Source: Paragordius varius
Taxonomy: Eukaryota; Animalia; Nematomorpha
Length of the DNA: 64,000 bases
Assembly (NCBI GenBank): GCA_964247055.1
Contig: OZ176058.1
Location: 2,108,001 to 2,172,000 of the forward strand
Direction of reading: 5' to 3'
The notes beneath the pieces are model-generated. The model saw nothing but the letters and a program-made list of their open reading frames with translations, had not been told where the DNA came from and made no database searches. Each line of letters opens with the position of its first letter. Position 1 is the stretch's first letter. The translations under genes and the position numbers were made by a program. Below are positions 12,600-26,400 of this stretch, piece by piece.

Positions 12600-15275
12600 A
12601 ATTCTAGATTACTTTGATAAACCTTGATAACCTACAAAAGTAGATTGTCCACCGACTGTCTCATCCGAATATTTTAAAGCGGTCTAAAACGAATTCTAGA
12701 TCAAAAAACTCCAAATTTACTTAATTTATACTCTATTTCATCATTTTTTCCCATCAAAAAACCCAAAATTCTCATTATTTAAAGAAAATACTCATAAAAG
12801 TTCCATTAAAAATATCTTAATAAACCCAATTAGCCCTACAAAGAGATTTTCCACCTGACTTATTAGTAGAATCAAATCCGTAATATTTGCCGATAACGGT
12901 TTCTAAGTTAACCTCTTACAGTATTAATCAAAATCAAACAACTTAACTTAATCAAATTTTTTAAAATAACTTTAAATTTTTAGAGTATTTAAACCAATAT
13001 ATATATATATATTTATCTATTTAATCGCCATTAGCTTCTCAAATACGTAATTTTACCATTTTTTCCATTACAAAACTTAAAAAATCTCGAAAATTCACCA
13101 TTTTTTCATCAAAAAACCCAAATTTAACCATTTTTTTCCAACAAAAAACCCAATATTACCATTTTTCCATGTAAAAATTTCAAAATTTTTAAGCAAACCT
13201 GCTTTAGTAAGCCCGATTAGCCTCGAAAAGAGATTGACCACCAGACTTATCAGCTGATCCGGTACCGTGATATTTACCCAGAGCAGTTTCAGAGTTAATC
13301 CCTCGCCGTTATTAACCAAAATCAAACAACATAATTTAACTTAATCAATTTTTTTAAATAACTTAAAATTTTTACAGTATTTTAAACCAAAATTATTATA
13401 TATAATATATCTATATATATATATATATATATATCTTAATTCGCCTTTCTTAAGCTTCTCAGATTTAAAAAGTGCCAGTTGGCTCTAAAAAAATGAAAAA
13501 CCAGAAATTTTAATAAAATCTCTTCAAAAAACCTAAGTAATTATTTAAAAACTTTAATTTACATCAAATAACTAATATTTTACCATTTTTTCCATCCAAA
13601 ACCCAAAATTCACCATTTTACCATTATTTAATCTTTACTATTTATTTTTGCAAAAATCTCAAAATTTCACCATATTTTACATATAAAAACTTAAAAAACC
13701 CAAAATTTCATCCTTTTTTTTTGAAAAACTTAAAATTCCATGTAAAAAGTACCCTTTCTAGTAAGCCCGATTAGTTTCAAAAAGAGATTGACCACCAGAC
13801 TTATCAGCTGATCCAGAACCGTGATATTTACCCAGGGCGGCTTCAGAGTTAGCCCCTTACCGTTAATTAATCATCAAACAACTAAACTTAATCAAATTTT
13901 TTAATATAACTTTAAATTTTTACAGTATTTTAAACCAAAATTAATATATTAATATATATATATATATATATATATATTTATCCATTTAATCGCCATAAGT
14001 TTTTCAAGTTTAATTCTCAAATCACCATTTTTCTCAAAAAATAAAAAACGCCAAATTTAAATAAAATCTCTTCAAAAACCAAGGCATGAATTCAAAAACT
14101 TTTAAAATGATAAATTTATAACTAATATTTTACCATTTTTCCCATTCCAAAACTTAAAAAATCTCGTCTCGAAATTTTACCATTAATTAAATTTTACCAT
14201 TTTTCCATCAAAAACCTAAAAATCACAAAATTTTACATTTTTTTTCATAAAAAACCCAAAATTTACCATTTTTTCCATCAAAAAACTTAAAATTTCCAAG
14301 TAAAAACTACTTTAGTAAGCTCGATTAGCCTCAAACAGAGATTGACCACCAGACTTATCAGCTGATCCGGTGCCTTGATATTTACCCAGGGCGGCTTTTG
14401 ATTTAGCCCCTTACCGTTAATTAATCATCAAACAACTTAACTTTTTCAAATTTTATTTAATAACTTAAAATTTTTAGAGTTAATTCGCAAATCACCATTT
14501 TTCTCTAAAAAATAAAAAACACGAAATTTTACCATTTTTCCCATTACAAAACTTAAAAAATCTCGAAATTTTACCATTTTCCCCATTCTAAACCTAAAAA
14601 TCTCAAAATTTCACTATTTTTCCATCAAAAAACTTAAAAATCTCAAAATCTTACCATTTTTCCATCAAAAAACTTAAAATCTCGAAATTTCACTACTTTT
14701 TTCCATCAAAAAACATGAAATCTTCAAAATTTTACCGTTTTTTGTAAAAATCTCAAAATTTTACCATTTTTTCCATGTAAAAAACTCAAAAAACCTAAAA
14801 TTTCACCATTTTTCCATGTAAAAACTCAAAATTTCTAGAAAAAAAACTACTTTAGTAAGCTCGATTAGCCTCAAACAGAGATTGTCCACCAGACTTATCA
14901 GCTGATCCGGAACCGTGATATTTACCCAAGGCAGCTTCAGAGTTAATCCCTCGCCGTTATTAACCAAAATCAAACAACATAACTTTTTCAAATTTATTTA
15001 ATAACTTTAAATTTTTAGAGTATTTTAATTCACAAATCACTATTTTTCTCAAAAAAAAGAAAAACGCCAAATTTTAAAATCTCTTTAAAAAACCAAGGCA
15101 TAAACTTGAAAAACGCAAATTTACCATTTTTTCCCATTACAAAACTTAAAAAATCTCGTCTCGGAGTTTTACCATCATTATTTATTCAAATTACCATTTT
15201 TTTTTATAAAATCTCAAAATCTTACCATATATTTATAAAAAACCCAAAATTCACCATTTTTTAAAGCAAATTACT
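12600..15275 (-). repeat. Six tandem echoes of the 3' part of aldolase exon 6 (incl. stop) plus downstream sequence
   Basis: Copies near 14851-14955, 14311-14418, 13757-13865, 13203-13310, 12817-12915 and 12612-12695; near units about 425-555 bp. Confidence 0.93.
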
Positions 15276-15449
15276 TTAGTAAGCCCGATTAGCCTCAAAC
15301 AGAGATTGTCCACCAGACTTATCAGCTGATCCGGTGCCTTGATATTTACCCAAGGCGGCTTCAGAGTTAGCCTTACAACGGGTAAGGAACGCTTCTTGTC
15401 CCTTCTTTATGTTTTCGTGTTTTCCGCCCCAAGCTAACAATGCACTTTG
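15276..15449 (-). CDS. ALDO: Aldolase exon 6 ([10 protein letters not shown]...[10 protein letters not shown]...SLFEANRAY*)
   Basis: Acceptor ttccag|CAA, stop TAA at 15276-15278. Confidence 0.96.
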   Translation of the reverse strand, partial: QSALLAWGGKHENIKKGQEAFLTRCKANSEAALGKYQGTGSADKSGGQSLFEANRAY

Positions 15450-18400
15450 CTGGAATAAAAAAATAAGTAAAAAATGTTTTAATTTAAGTAAAAAAATGAT
15501 TAAATTTCAAAATATATAATCCTAAAATTATATGGACAACCATAATTATTTAAACCTACATTTATCCAATAAAAAAATATTTGTCTTTATATTTTTACGT
15601 TTTGTTCGTCCGTATAATTCCAATCTTTACTGTAATTACAATTGTAAAATACATAAATTACTTTAGAGTTTAAAACAATGAGTTATGTTAAAAAACCAAG
15701 ATTTAAAAAGTATGGTTGTGTTATCTTTTATAAATTTGTCTTTATATTTTTACATTTTATGTCCGTATGTATAATCGTATCATTTCAACTTTACTGTAAC
15801 TACAATTGTAAAATACATAAATTACTTTAGAGTTTAAAACAATGAGTAATGTTTAAAAAAACTAAAATTTAAAAATTATGGTTGTTTTCTTTTATAAAAA
15901 ATTATTTGTCTTTATATTTTTACGTTTTGTTCGTCCGTATAATTTCAATTTTTACTGTAATTACAATCGTAATATACATAATTAAATTAAGTTATTAAAA
16001 TACATGTCTATTTTATACTTCAGAGTTAAATACAATAAGTTATTTAATAAAAAATAAGGATTTAAAAAGTATGGTTGTTTTCTTTTATAAAAAAATATTT
16101 GTCTTTATGTTTTTACGTTTTGTTCGTCCGTATAATTCCAATTTTTACTGTAATTACAATCGTAAAATACATAATTGATTGTGTAAATATAGCTATTTTA
16201 TATATACTTTGGAGTTTAAAAAATAAGTTATAATAAAAAAAAAATCAAAATTTAGCTATTTTATATTTACTTATTAAAGTTTAAAACATTGGGTTAAGTT
16301 TAAAATAACAAAATTTAATACGTAATGTTGTCTTTAAAAAATATCTGTCTTTATATTATTAAATATTGTTCGTCCGTATAATTCCTTCAATTTTTACTGT
16401 AGTTACAATCGTAAAATACATTAAATACTTTAGAGTTTAAAACAATGAGTTATTCAAAAAAAGTTAATATTTAAAAAGTAATGTTGTCTTTAAAAAATAT
16501 CTGTCTTTATATTATAATTTTTGTTCGTCCGTATAATTTCTTCCAATTATTACTGAAATTATTATAAATTAATATACTAAAATCGCAAATTATTAGTTAA
16601 GCAAATTATTAGTTAAAAAAACAGTTAGGTATGCAAAATTATTTAAAATAAAATAAAAAAATTGGTACCTGCAGGGCTCGACCATAACTGAAAGTTAAGG
16701 GCCAAGGCTTTCTGGCACCACGATACTTATTAATCTCACTCAAATTTATGCTGGCATCCTCCTCACTTTGACCACCCGATAGAAAAACGATTCCTGGAAA
16801 AAAATTAAATTTTTTTATAAAATAATTAAATTTTTATTCTTCAAAAATCAAATTAAATATAAAATTTATGTTTTTTTTTATAAAAAAACTATTCCTAAAT
16901 TATTGAAATATAAAATTTTTTTCATAAAGACTATTCTTAAAAAATTATTGTCAAAATCAAATAATTTTATGTAAATATATTTGTTTTGTTAAAATCTTAG
17001 AAATAATAAAAAATCAAATAAATACGTAAAAAAACAATTGTTTCCGGAAACAGCATAAACTTATAAAAAATTTTCATTTGAAAAAAATTAATTTATAAAA
17101 AAATCCATTAAATAAATTATTATTAATTTCGCTTAAATTAATGCTGGCATCTTCTTCACTTTGACCACCGGATAGAAAAACGATTCCTTAAAAAATTTAT
17201 TTTTTTTATAAAATAATTAAATTTAATAAATTATTTTCTCGAAAAAAATTAAATTAAAATTGTATATAAAAATAATATAAACTATTCCTTATGTAATTAT
17301 TGTTAAAAATCTATATTTTCAAAATATGTTAAAATTTTTTTAATTGAATAAGTAATTATTTTAAAAGAATCAAATTTTTCAAAAATGCATTAAAAAACAA
17401 TTCATAAACTTATAAAAAAATTATTCTGACCTTTTATATAATAATCTAATTTTAAATTATTATATTTTTCAAAAATATGTTAAAATTCTTTCGATTGAAT
17501 AACAAAATATTTTAAAGAACATCTTATTTTTCAGAAATATGTCAAAAACTTTGACTATTAAAAAAATTTATACTGACCCCCCCAGAAAGAAAAACTATAC
17601 CTATAAAATATATTATAAAAAATTTTTATTTTAAAAAAATTAATTTATAAATATCCATTAAAAAATTATTTTTAATTTCGCTTAAATTAATGCTGGCATC
17701 TTCTTCACTTTGACCACCCGATAGAAAAACAATTCCTTAAAAAATGGATTTTAAAATTTTTGATAAATAAAATCAAATCTTTAAAAATATGTTATAATTA
17801 ATTGTATTTTTTCAGCATTATATAAATTTTAAACAACATTTCATATTTAAAAATATTATCAAAATTTAAAGGTAAACACATTATTTGTTTTAGATGAGAC
17901 TTATATATATTATTTGTTGCTAAAATATTCTATAATTTACAATTCTATACGATACATCTGCAAACGGAATTCCTTCGAAAATTATAGCCCATAATTTATT
18001 TTTTTAAAAAAATTCAAGAGTTTTTTCATATTTCATCACAAGTTTTGTATAAATGTAACCTTAACCACAGTCCTTTCAGAGTTTTGGAAAAAACACTATT
18101 TTTCCAGAATTAGAATTTTTCCACTTTCTAAACAATCTTTTCAAAAATTATACCACCAAATTTTTTCTTACTTAAAAGTTCAAAAAAACTTTGAACTTTT
18201 CAAATTTCATCACGAGTTCAGTATAGTTGTAAACTTAGCCCCAATTCTCTCAGAAATTTAGAAAAAAACACTATTTTTTCAAGAATTAAATTTTTTTAAC
18301 TTTTTAAACAATCTTTTAAAAAATTGTACCCCCGAATTTCTTCTCTAAAAAAGGTTCAAAAAAACTTTGAACTTTTCGAATTTTATTACAAGTTTATTAT

Positions 18401-21400
18401 GGTTGTAACCAGGGGTGCATTAATCTTTAGTTTAAGCCAATTAACCCTCAAAGCTTAACAAGTATATATACCCAAAAACACATTTTCATTTCAAATCTTT
18501 CTTAAAAAAATGTTTGCTAAGAAACATTATTTTTGTCAGAAACTCATCTAAACAACCGCATTAACCTCAGTTTCGAAAAAACACTATTTTTTCCAGAATT
18601 AAAATATTTCAACTTTTTTAACAATCTTTTCAAAAATTATAACCCCAAATTTCTTCTCGAAAAAAACTTCAAAAAAACTTTGAACTTTTCGAATTTTATT
18701 ACAAGTTTAGTATAGTTATAACCAGGTGTGTATTAAAGATTAGTTTAGGCCAATTAACACTCAAAGCTCTAACCAATTATACACCCATAAACACCTTAAA
18801 ACAACCTTTTTTTAAACATTATCTGAATTTTTCCTTACTATTACCTAAACCATTTACAGTTTTAATTCTCAAAAAAAATGTTTGCTGCTTAAAACATTTT
18901 TTAAAAAAACTTTATTTTTGGCAGAAATCCTTCTAAATAACCATCATTTCCTACTTTAAATCTTTCCAATTTTTCAAAATTTTAACCAAGCTTCTCAAAA
19001 AATTTCCCAAACCCTGCCAAAATCAAAAAAGCTTACTAGCCGGCTTAACACAGTTATAACCGGTAATCATGTTTGGTTTAAGCGAAGGAGTTAATTTATA
19101 AATTCAAATAATCTTTTCACTTTAAAGCTATTCAAACACTTTTAAAAATACTCTTTTAATCTTCTTAAAACATTAACAAAACTCTGTTTTCTAACTAAAA
19201 CCCCAACTCAAAAAACGCCGTTTTTCTACCCAAATTTCTTCAAAAAACACTCTTTTGTAAAAATAAACTATTAGGATTATCAAAAAACTCAGTTTTTAAT
19301 TAAAACCACCTCAGAAAACACAGCCCCAAATTTTTAAAAAACACCTTTTTTAACCAATTTTTATTCTTCAAAAAGCAAAAAATTTTTTACCCGCGACAGC
19401 AGGTCTAAAAATCTGTTAACTTTAAAACTATTCAAACTTTTCAAAAATACTCTTTTAATCTTAAATTATTAATAAAACTCTCTTTTCTAACTGAAATCAA
19501 TTCAAAAACACTCTTTTGTAAAAAAAGCTATTGGGACTTTCAAAAAACACACTTTTTAACTAAAACTCAGAAAACAACACTATTTATGCCCCAAAATTTT
19601 TAAAAACACCCCCTTTAAGGTATTTTTTTTTCAATTTTTATCGTTACAAAAGCAAAAAAAAAAATCTTGTCTAAAAATTTGTTAACTTAAAAGCTATTCA
19701 AACTTTACAAAAATACTCTTTTAATCTTAAAACATTAAAAAACTCTGTTTTTTAACTTAAACCAACTCAAAAAACGCCATTTTTCTACTCAAATTTCTTC
19801 AAAAAATACACTCTTTTGTAAAAAAGCTATTAGGACTTTCAAAAAACTCATTTTTATCTAAAACCACCTCAGAAAACAATACTATTAATGCCCCAAAATT
19901 TTTAAAAAACACTCTTTTTAATCAATCTTTTTTGAGCTTTTCTCTAAAAAAGTAAAATAATCTTACCCGCAACAGCAGGTCTAAAAATCTGTTAACTTTA
20001 AAACTATTCAAACTTTTTAAAAATACTCTTTTAATCTTAAAACATTAACAAAACTCTCTTTTTTAACTGAAACCAACTCAAAAAACGCCTTTTCTACCCA
20101 AATTTCTTCAAAAAACACTCTTTTGTAAAAAAAAGCTATTAGGATTTTCAAAAAACACAGTTTTTAACTAAAATTACCACAGAAAACATCACTATTTATG
20201 CCCCAAAATTTTTAAAAAACACCCCTTTTTAACCAATTTTTACCCCAGAAAAAAAACAAAAAAAAATCTTACCAGCAGCACGTCTAAAATCTGTTAACTT
20301 TAAAGCTATTCAAACTTTTCAAATTTAATTTTAGGACTTCCAACAAAACTCTCTTTTCTAACTGAAACCAATTCAAAAAACGCCATTTTTCCACTCAAAT
20401 TTCTTTAAAAACACTCTTTTGTAAAAAAAGCTATTAGGGACTTTCAAAAAACACAGTATTTAACTTAAACCACCTCAGAAAACAACAATATTTTCTTTCC
20501 AAAATTCAAAAAAAACCCTTTTTACTAAGATTTTTGCCAATTTTTCTCTTAAAAAAGCAAAAAATTTTTACCCGTGACAGCAGGTCTAAAAATCTGTCTT
20601 TAAAGCTATTCAAACATTTCAAAAATACTATTTCAATCTTTTAATCTTAAAACTTTCAACAAAACTCTCTTTTTTAACTTAGACTAACTCGAAAAACACA
20701 CTTTTGTAAAAAAAGCTATTAGGTCTTTCAAAAAACACACTTTTTAACTGAAACCACCTCATAAAACAACACTATTCTTGCCCCAAAAATTTTTAAAAAA
20801 CCTTTTTTTAACCAATTTTTCTCTTAAAAAAGCAAAAAAAATCTTACCCGCGACAGCAGGTCTAAAAATCTGTTAACTTTAAAGCTATTCAAACTTTTCA
20901 AAAATACTCTTTTAATCTAAAACCAACTCAAAAAACCGTTTTTCTACCCAAATTTCTTCAAAAACACTCTTTTGTAAAAAAAGCTATTTGGGCTTTCAAA
21001 AAACTCAGTTTTTAACTAAAACCACCTCAGAAAACAATATTTAAATTAAAGAAACACCTTTTTAAACCCATTTTTTTTCAATTTTTTTCTTAACTTTTCA
21101 AAAATACTCTCTCTTTTAATCTAAAAACATTAATAAAACTATCCTTTCTAAATGAAACCAATTCAAAAAACAAAATTTTTAACTTAAACCACCTCAGAAA
21201 AGACTATTTATGCTCAAAATTTTTAAAAAACACTATTTTTGCCCCAAATTTTTACAAAACACCCCTTTTTAACCAATTTTTATCCCGGAAAAAAGCAAAA
21301 AAATCTTACCCGCAACAGCTGGGGGAACTCTTCGACTCAAGGCTTCCGCCGTGGCCCGACCAATTTCTTCGTGACTGGCCCGCTTGGCACAGTTATAACC

Positions 21401-23438
21401 GGGTGTAATCATGTTTGGTTTAAGCAACGTGCCTTCAAAATAAACTCCAGCATCAGCCAGTGCTTTGTACTGTTGCGCTAGGACCTGTGAAACAAAATTT
21501 TTACAAAACGTATTTTTTTTCAAAACTCATATAAAAAATATTATAAACCATTGAACAATTTAAATTCATCCTTGAACAATAATTCCTAATAATTGTGTGT
21601 TTGGTTTAACTCATTTAAAAAAATATATTCTCATGGCATAGTTAATTTTCCAATATTAAATATTTTAATTTAAAACAAAATTTTTACAAAAAATTTTTTT
21701 CAAAACTTATATATAAAATATTATATACCATTTACAATTCAAATTCCCCCTCGAGAAATATATTATGTGTTTTCGGGCTAATATAACTAACTCATCAATA
21801 ATAGGAAATGTATCCTTATGGCATGAATATAATTTTTTCAGTATTATATATTAATTTTAAACGTTTAAAAACACAAAAAATATACTATTTAAAATTCAAA
21901 TTCGCCTTTAAACAATTCAAATTCACCCTCGAGAAATAAATTATGTGTTTTCGGGGTAATATAACTCATCATTAATAAGAAATATATTCTTATGGCATAG
22001 TTTATTATTTTTCAGTATTATATATTAATTAAAGTAATTTAAAATATAGATAATTTAGTATCTTAAAAAACACAATTTTTTAGGGTTTAGAATTGTAAAT
22101 GGTATATTAATGTGAGATTAGAAGATTATATCTGAAATAATGTATGTGTCAATCATAATTTTCGAGAAATTCATCTAAAAAAAGTAAAAAAATTATTATA
22201 CCATTATATTAGTGTTTATATATTTATAAAATAAATGTAAATTAATAATAAAATCAAAATTGGTAGAATATTAAATTAAATATGTTGGTTATATAATTTA
22301 GCAGAATCCAACAATTTCAAAAAATATTTTTGTTTCCATATAAAAATAAATAAAAATATTAATATTTAATAATTTTTTTGTATAAAATATAAGGAAATTT
22401 AGTATAAATATAACTTTAAAAATAAAAATAAATTATTGTATATAAGCAGACGAATAAGTTTTTAAATGCCTGTTTTTAATGTTTATTTTATATTTATTTA
22501 TAAAAATATTTTTATTTTTACTATTCATTTTTAGTTTTTACTGCAAATAAATTTGACATATACAAAAATTTTAAACCTTTTGTTTTTAAAAGCAAAAAAA
22601 AAACCAATTAAATTATTGTTGTTCTTTATTATAATTCTCTCAATCGCATTCATTTTAATAACTTTCAAATTAAATTAATGAACTAAATTTTAACAAACTT
22701 TGTAAAATTGCTTCAATATTAATCGAAAAAAAAATCCATCAATTTTTTATTCTTAATAAACAATTAAAATTTTGTGGGTGGCAGAATTATTTTAAAAAAA
22801 AGAAACATAATAAAACATATGGAATACCTTTTCAGTTACGGCTTGGCACACATGGATATCGTGGTCGCCATCTTGCAAAACTTCCGGTTCCACAATAGGC
22901 ACCAATCCATTCTACAGCAAAAAAACAATTGTGTAAAATTAAAAATCGATAAATTTTACAGTTCAAATTCATCCTTGAAAAATTCAAATTCACCCTTGAA
23001 CAATTCAAATTCACCCTTGAAACAATGAAATTTACCCCTGAACAATTCTAATTCACTCTCGCAATTCAAATTCACCCTCGAACAAATAATATCCATCCTT
23101 GAAACAATTCAAATTCACCCTTTAACAATTCAAATATACCATTTACAGTTCAAAGTCACCCTTCTTGAGCAATTCAAATTCACCCTCGAAATAATTCAAA
23201 TTCACCAAAACAAATTATGTGTTTTCTAACTAATACTCATTATTACAAATCTGAATATATCTTTATGGCAACATAGTTTATTATATTTCAATATTTAATT
23301 TTAAACATAATTTTATGTTTACAAAAATATATAAAAGTATAGGTAAATCTTAATCTTAAAAAACATATAATTTTTTCGTTAGTGATATTATTTCAAGGGT
23401 GAATTTGAATTGTTTAAGGGTAAATTTGTATTGTAAAT

Positions 23439-23472
<34 letters not shown>

Positions 23473-26400
23473 TATTAAAAATCTAAACTTAAAACATGCT
23501 CATACCTTTTGACAAATAAGGGCATACTGGGCCATGTTTAATGACATAAAAACATTTTTAAACAATATATAAAATCAAACCCACAAGAGAGCTATATTAA
23601 CCAAGATGGCAAACTATAAAAACTCAAACCCTCAAGAGAGCTATATTAACCAATCAAGATTGCACTTAACCACACATATTCCAATTAAAATCACACATAA
23701 ACTACAAAATAAAATATTCGCTTCATCTAATTTTAAATATACCATTTACAGTTTAAATTCATCCTTGAACAATTCAAGTTCACCCTTAAGCAATTCAAAT
23801 TCACCCTAAAAATAAATTAATTTTTCCAGTATGATATTTCAATTTAAAACATAATTTTATGGCAACATAGTTTAAATATGTAAAAGTATAGGTAAATTTT
23901 AATCTTAAAAAACATATAATTTGAAATGTTTAAGGGTAAATTTGAATCGTTTAAGGTTATATTTGAATTGTTTAGGGTAAATTTGAATTGTAAATGGTAT
24001 ATATATTTAAAATTTAATCTTAAAATCACATCATACTTTTTGACAAATAAAGGCATACTGGGCCAAACTTTCAGCATGTTAAATGACATCACACATATTC
24101 CAATTAAAATCACACAAAAACTACAAAATGAATTATTCGCATTCATTACATATTAAATATACCATTTACAGTTCAAATTCATCCTTGAACAATCCAAGTT
24201 CATTCTTAAGCGATTCAAATTCACCCAAAAAATAAATTATGTGTGTTTTTGACCTAATATAATTTATTATTTTTTCAATATTTCATTTTAATTTAAAACA
24301 TAATCTTATGGCAACATAGTTTAAATATATAAAAATATAGGTAAATTTCAATCTCGAAAAACATATATTTTATTTTTCGAGGGTGATTTTAAAATGAAGG
24401 GTAATTTTGAATTGTTCAAGGGTAAATTTGAAATGTTCGAGGGTATATTTGAATTGTAAATCTAATCTTAAATCTAAAATTCATTATACCTTTTGACAAA
24501 TGAGAGCGTACTGGGCCAAAGTCTCTGCATGTTTAATGACATAAAAACTTTGTTAAACAATATAATCAAACCCACAAGAGAGCTATATTAACCAAGATGG
24601 CAAACTATAAAATATCAAACCCACAAGAGAGCTATATTAACCGATCAAGATTGCACTTAAATACACATATTCCAATTGAAATCACATATATAATATAAAA
24701 CAAAATATTGCCCGCATTTGTTACATATTTAATATACCATTTACAGTTCAAATTCTCACGTTTGAACAATTCAAATTCACCCTTGAGCAATTCAAATTCA
24801 CCCTAAAAATAAATTATGTGTTTTCGAATTAACATAGTTTATTATTTTTCCAGTATAAATTTTAAACATAATTTTATGGCAACATAGTTTAAATATGTAA
24901 AAATATAGGTAAATTTTAATCTTAAAAACATATTTATTTGAGGGTGAATTTGAATTGTTCGAGGGTAAATTTGAATTGTTTTTAAGGGTAAATTTGAATT
25001 GTTTAAGGGTGAATTAGAATGGTAAATGGTATATATATATATAATACCCATCATACCTTTTGACAAATAAGGGCATACTGGGCCATATTTTCAACAGATT
25101 TAATGACATAAAAACTTTTTTAAACAATATAAAAAATCAAACCCACAAGAAGGCTATATTAACCAACCTATTAATTGAAATTACACATAAACTACATAAA
25201 TTTTCGCATTCATCAAATTTGATATATATATATATATATATATACTCATGTATGTTTAGAATTGTCAAACATACGTTTTTATGTGATTTTACTTTGTTTT
25301 TAATTGTTTACAATAAATAGGCTATTATTATTTTAAGGCTTAAAAATGCCCCCATGTTGAAAGTTGACATATCAAACATTATAACAATTAAAAACTAAAG
25401 TAAAATCAATTAAAAACGTATGTTTGACAATTCTAAACATACATGACTGTATATATATATATAAATATACAGTAGCGTATGGAGTAAAAGATTGTTAGTG
25501 CAAAATAAAATAAAAAAAAGTTTTTTTTAAAAAAATCAATCCTAGTTGTAATTACCTATATGTATAATGTCCCCTTGTTTTTTTAACAAAAACATTTTTT
25601 TATTCTATTTTGCACTAACAATCTTTTAATTCACACGCTACTATATATATATATATATATATATATATTTAAAATCTAATCTTAAACCAAAATCATGCAT
25701 ACCTTTTGACAAATAAGGGCATACTGGGCCAAAGTTTCAGCATGTTTAATGACATTAAAACTTTTTTAAACAATATAAAAAATCGAACCCACAAGAAAGC
25801 TACCAAGATGGCAAACTATATAAATCAAACCAATCAAGATTGCTAACTTTAAAAAATCAAACCCTCAAGAGGGCTAGAAAAGTTAACCACACAGATAATT
25901 AAAATCTCACATAAACTACAAAATAAAATCGCATTCATCAAATTTCAAATATACCATTTACAGTTCGAATTCACCCTAAAAACAAATTATGTGTTTTCTA
26001 ACTAATAAAACTCATTGTTTTTAATCTGAAATATATCTTTATGGCAACATTGTTTTTATCAATATTATAATTCATAATTTTATGGCAACCAAGTTTAAAG
26101 ATATAAAAATATAGGTAAATTCTATTCTTAAAAAACATACATTTATTTGAGGGTAAATTTGAATTGTTCAAGGGTGAATTTGAATTGTTCAAGGGTAAAT
26201 TTTGTTCAAGGGTGAATTTGAATTGTTTAAGGGTAAATTTAAATCGTTCGAGGGTAAATTAGAATTGTTTAAGGGTTAATTTGAATTATTTAAAAGTGAA
26301 TTTGAATTTCAAATATATATTTAAACTCAAAACATCACATCATACCTTTTGACAAATAAGGGCATATTGGGCCAAAGTTTCAGCATTTTGTTGAATGGCA

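Noticed and set aside
13095-14991. ORFs 13095..13325 and 14803..14991 (NNGEGLTLKL.WVNITVPDQL) looking like a duplicated small gene family
   Set aside because: They are alternative-frame readings of aldolase exon 6 echoes.
12400-21300. Strong A/C versus T/G strand skew suggesting transcription-associated mutation
   Set aside because: Largely produced by a few amplified units; the plus-strand gene's introns do not clearly show the reciprocal skew.
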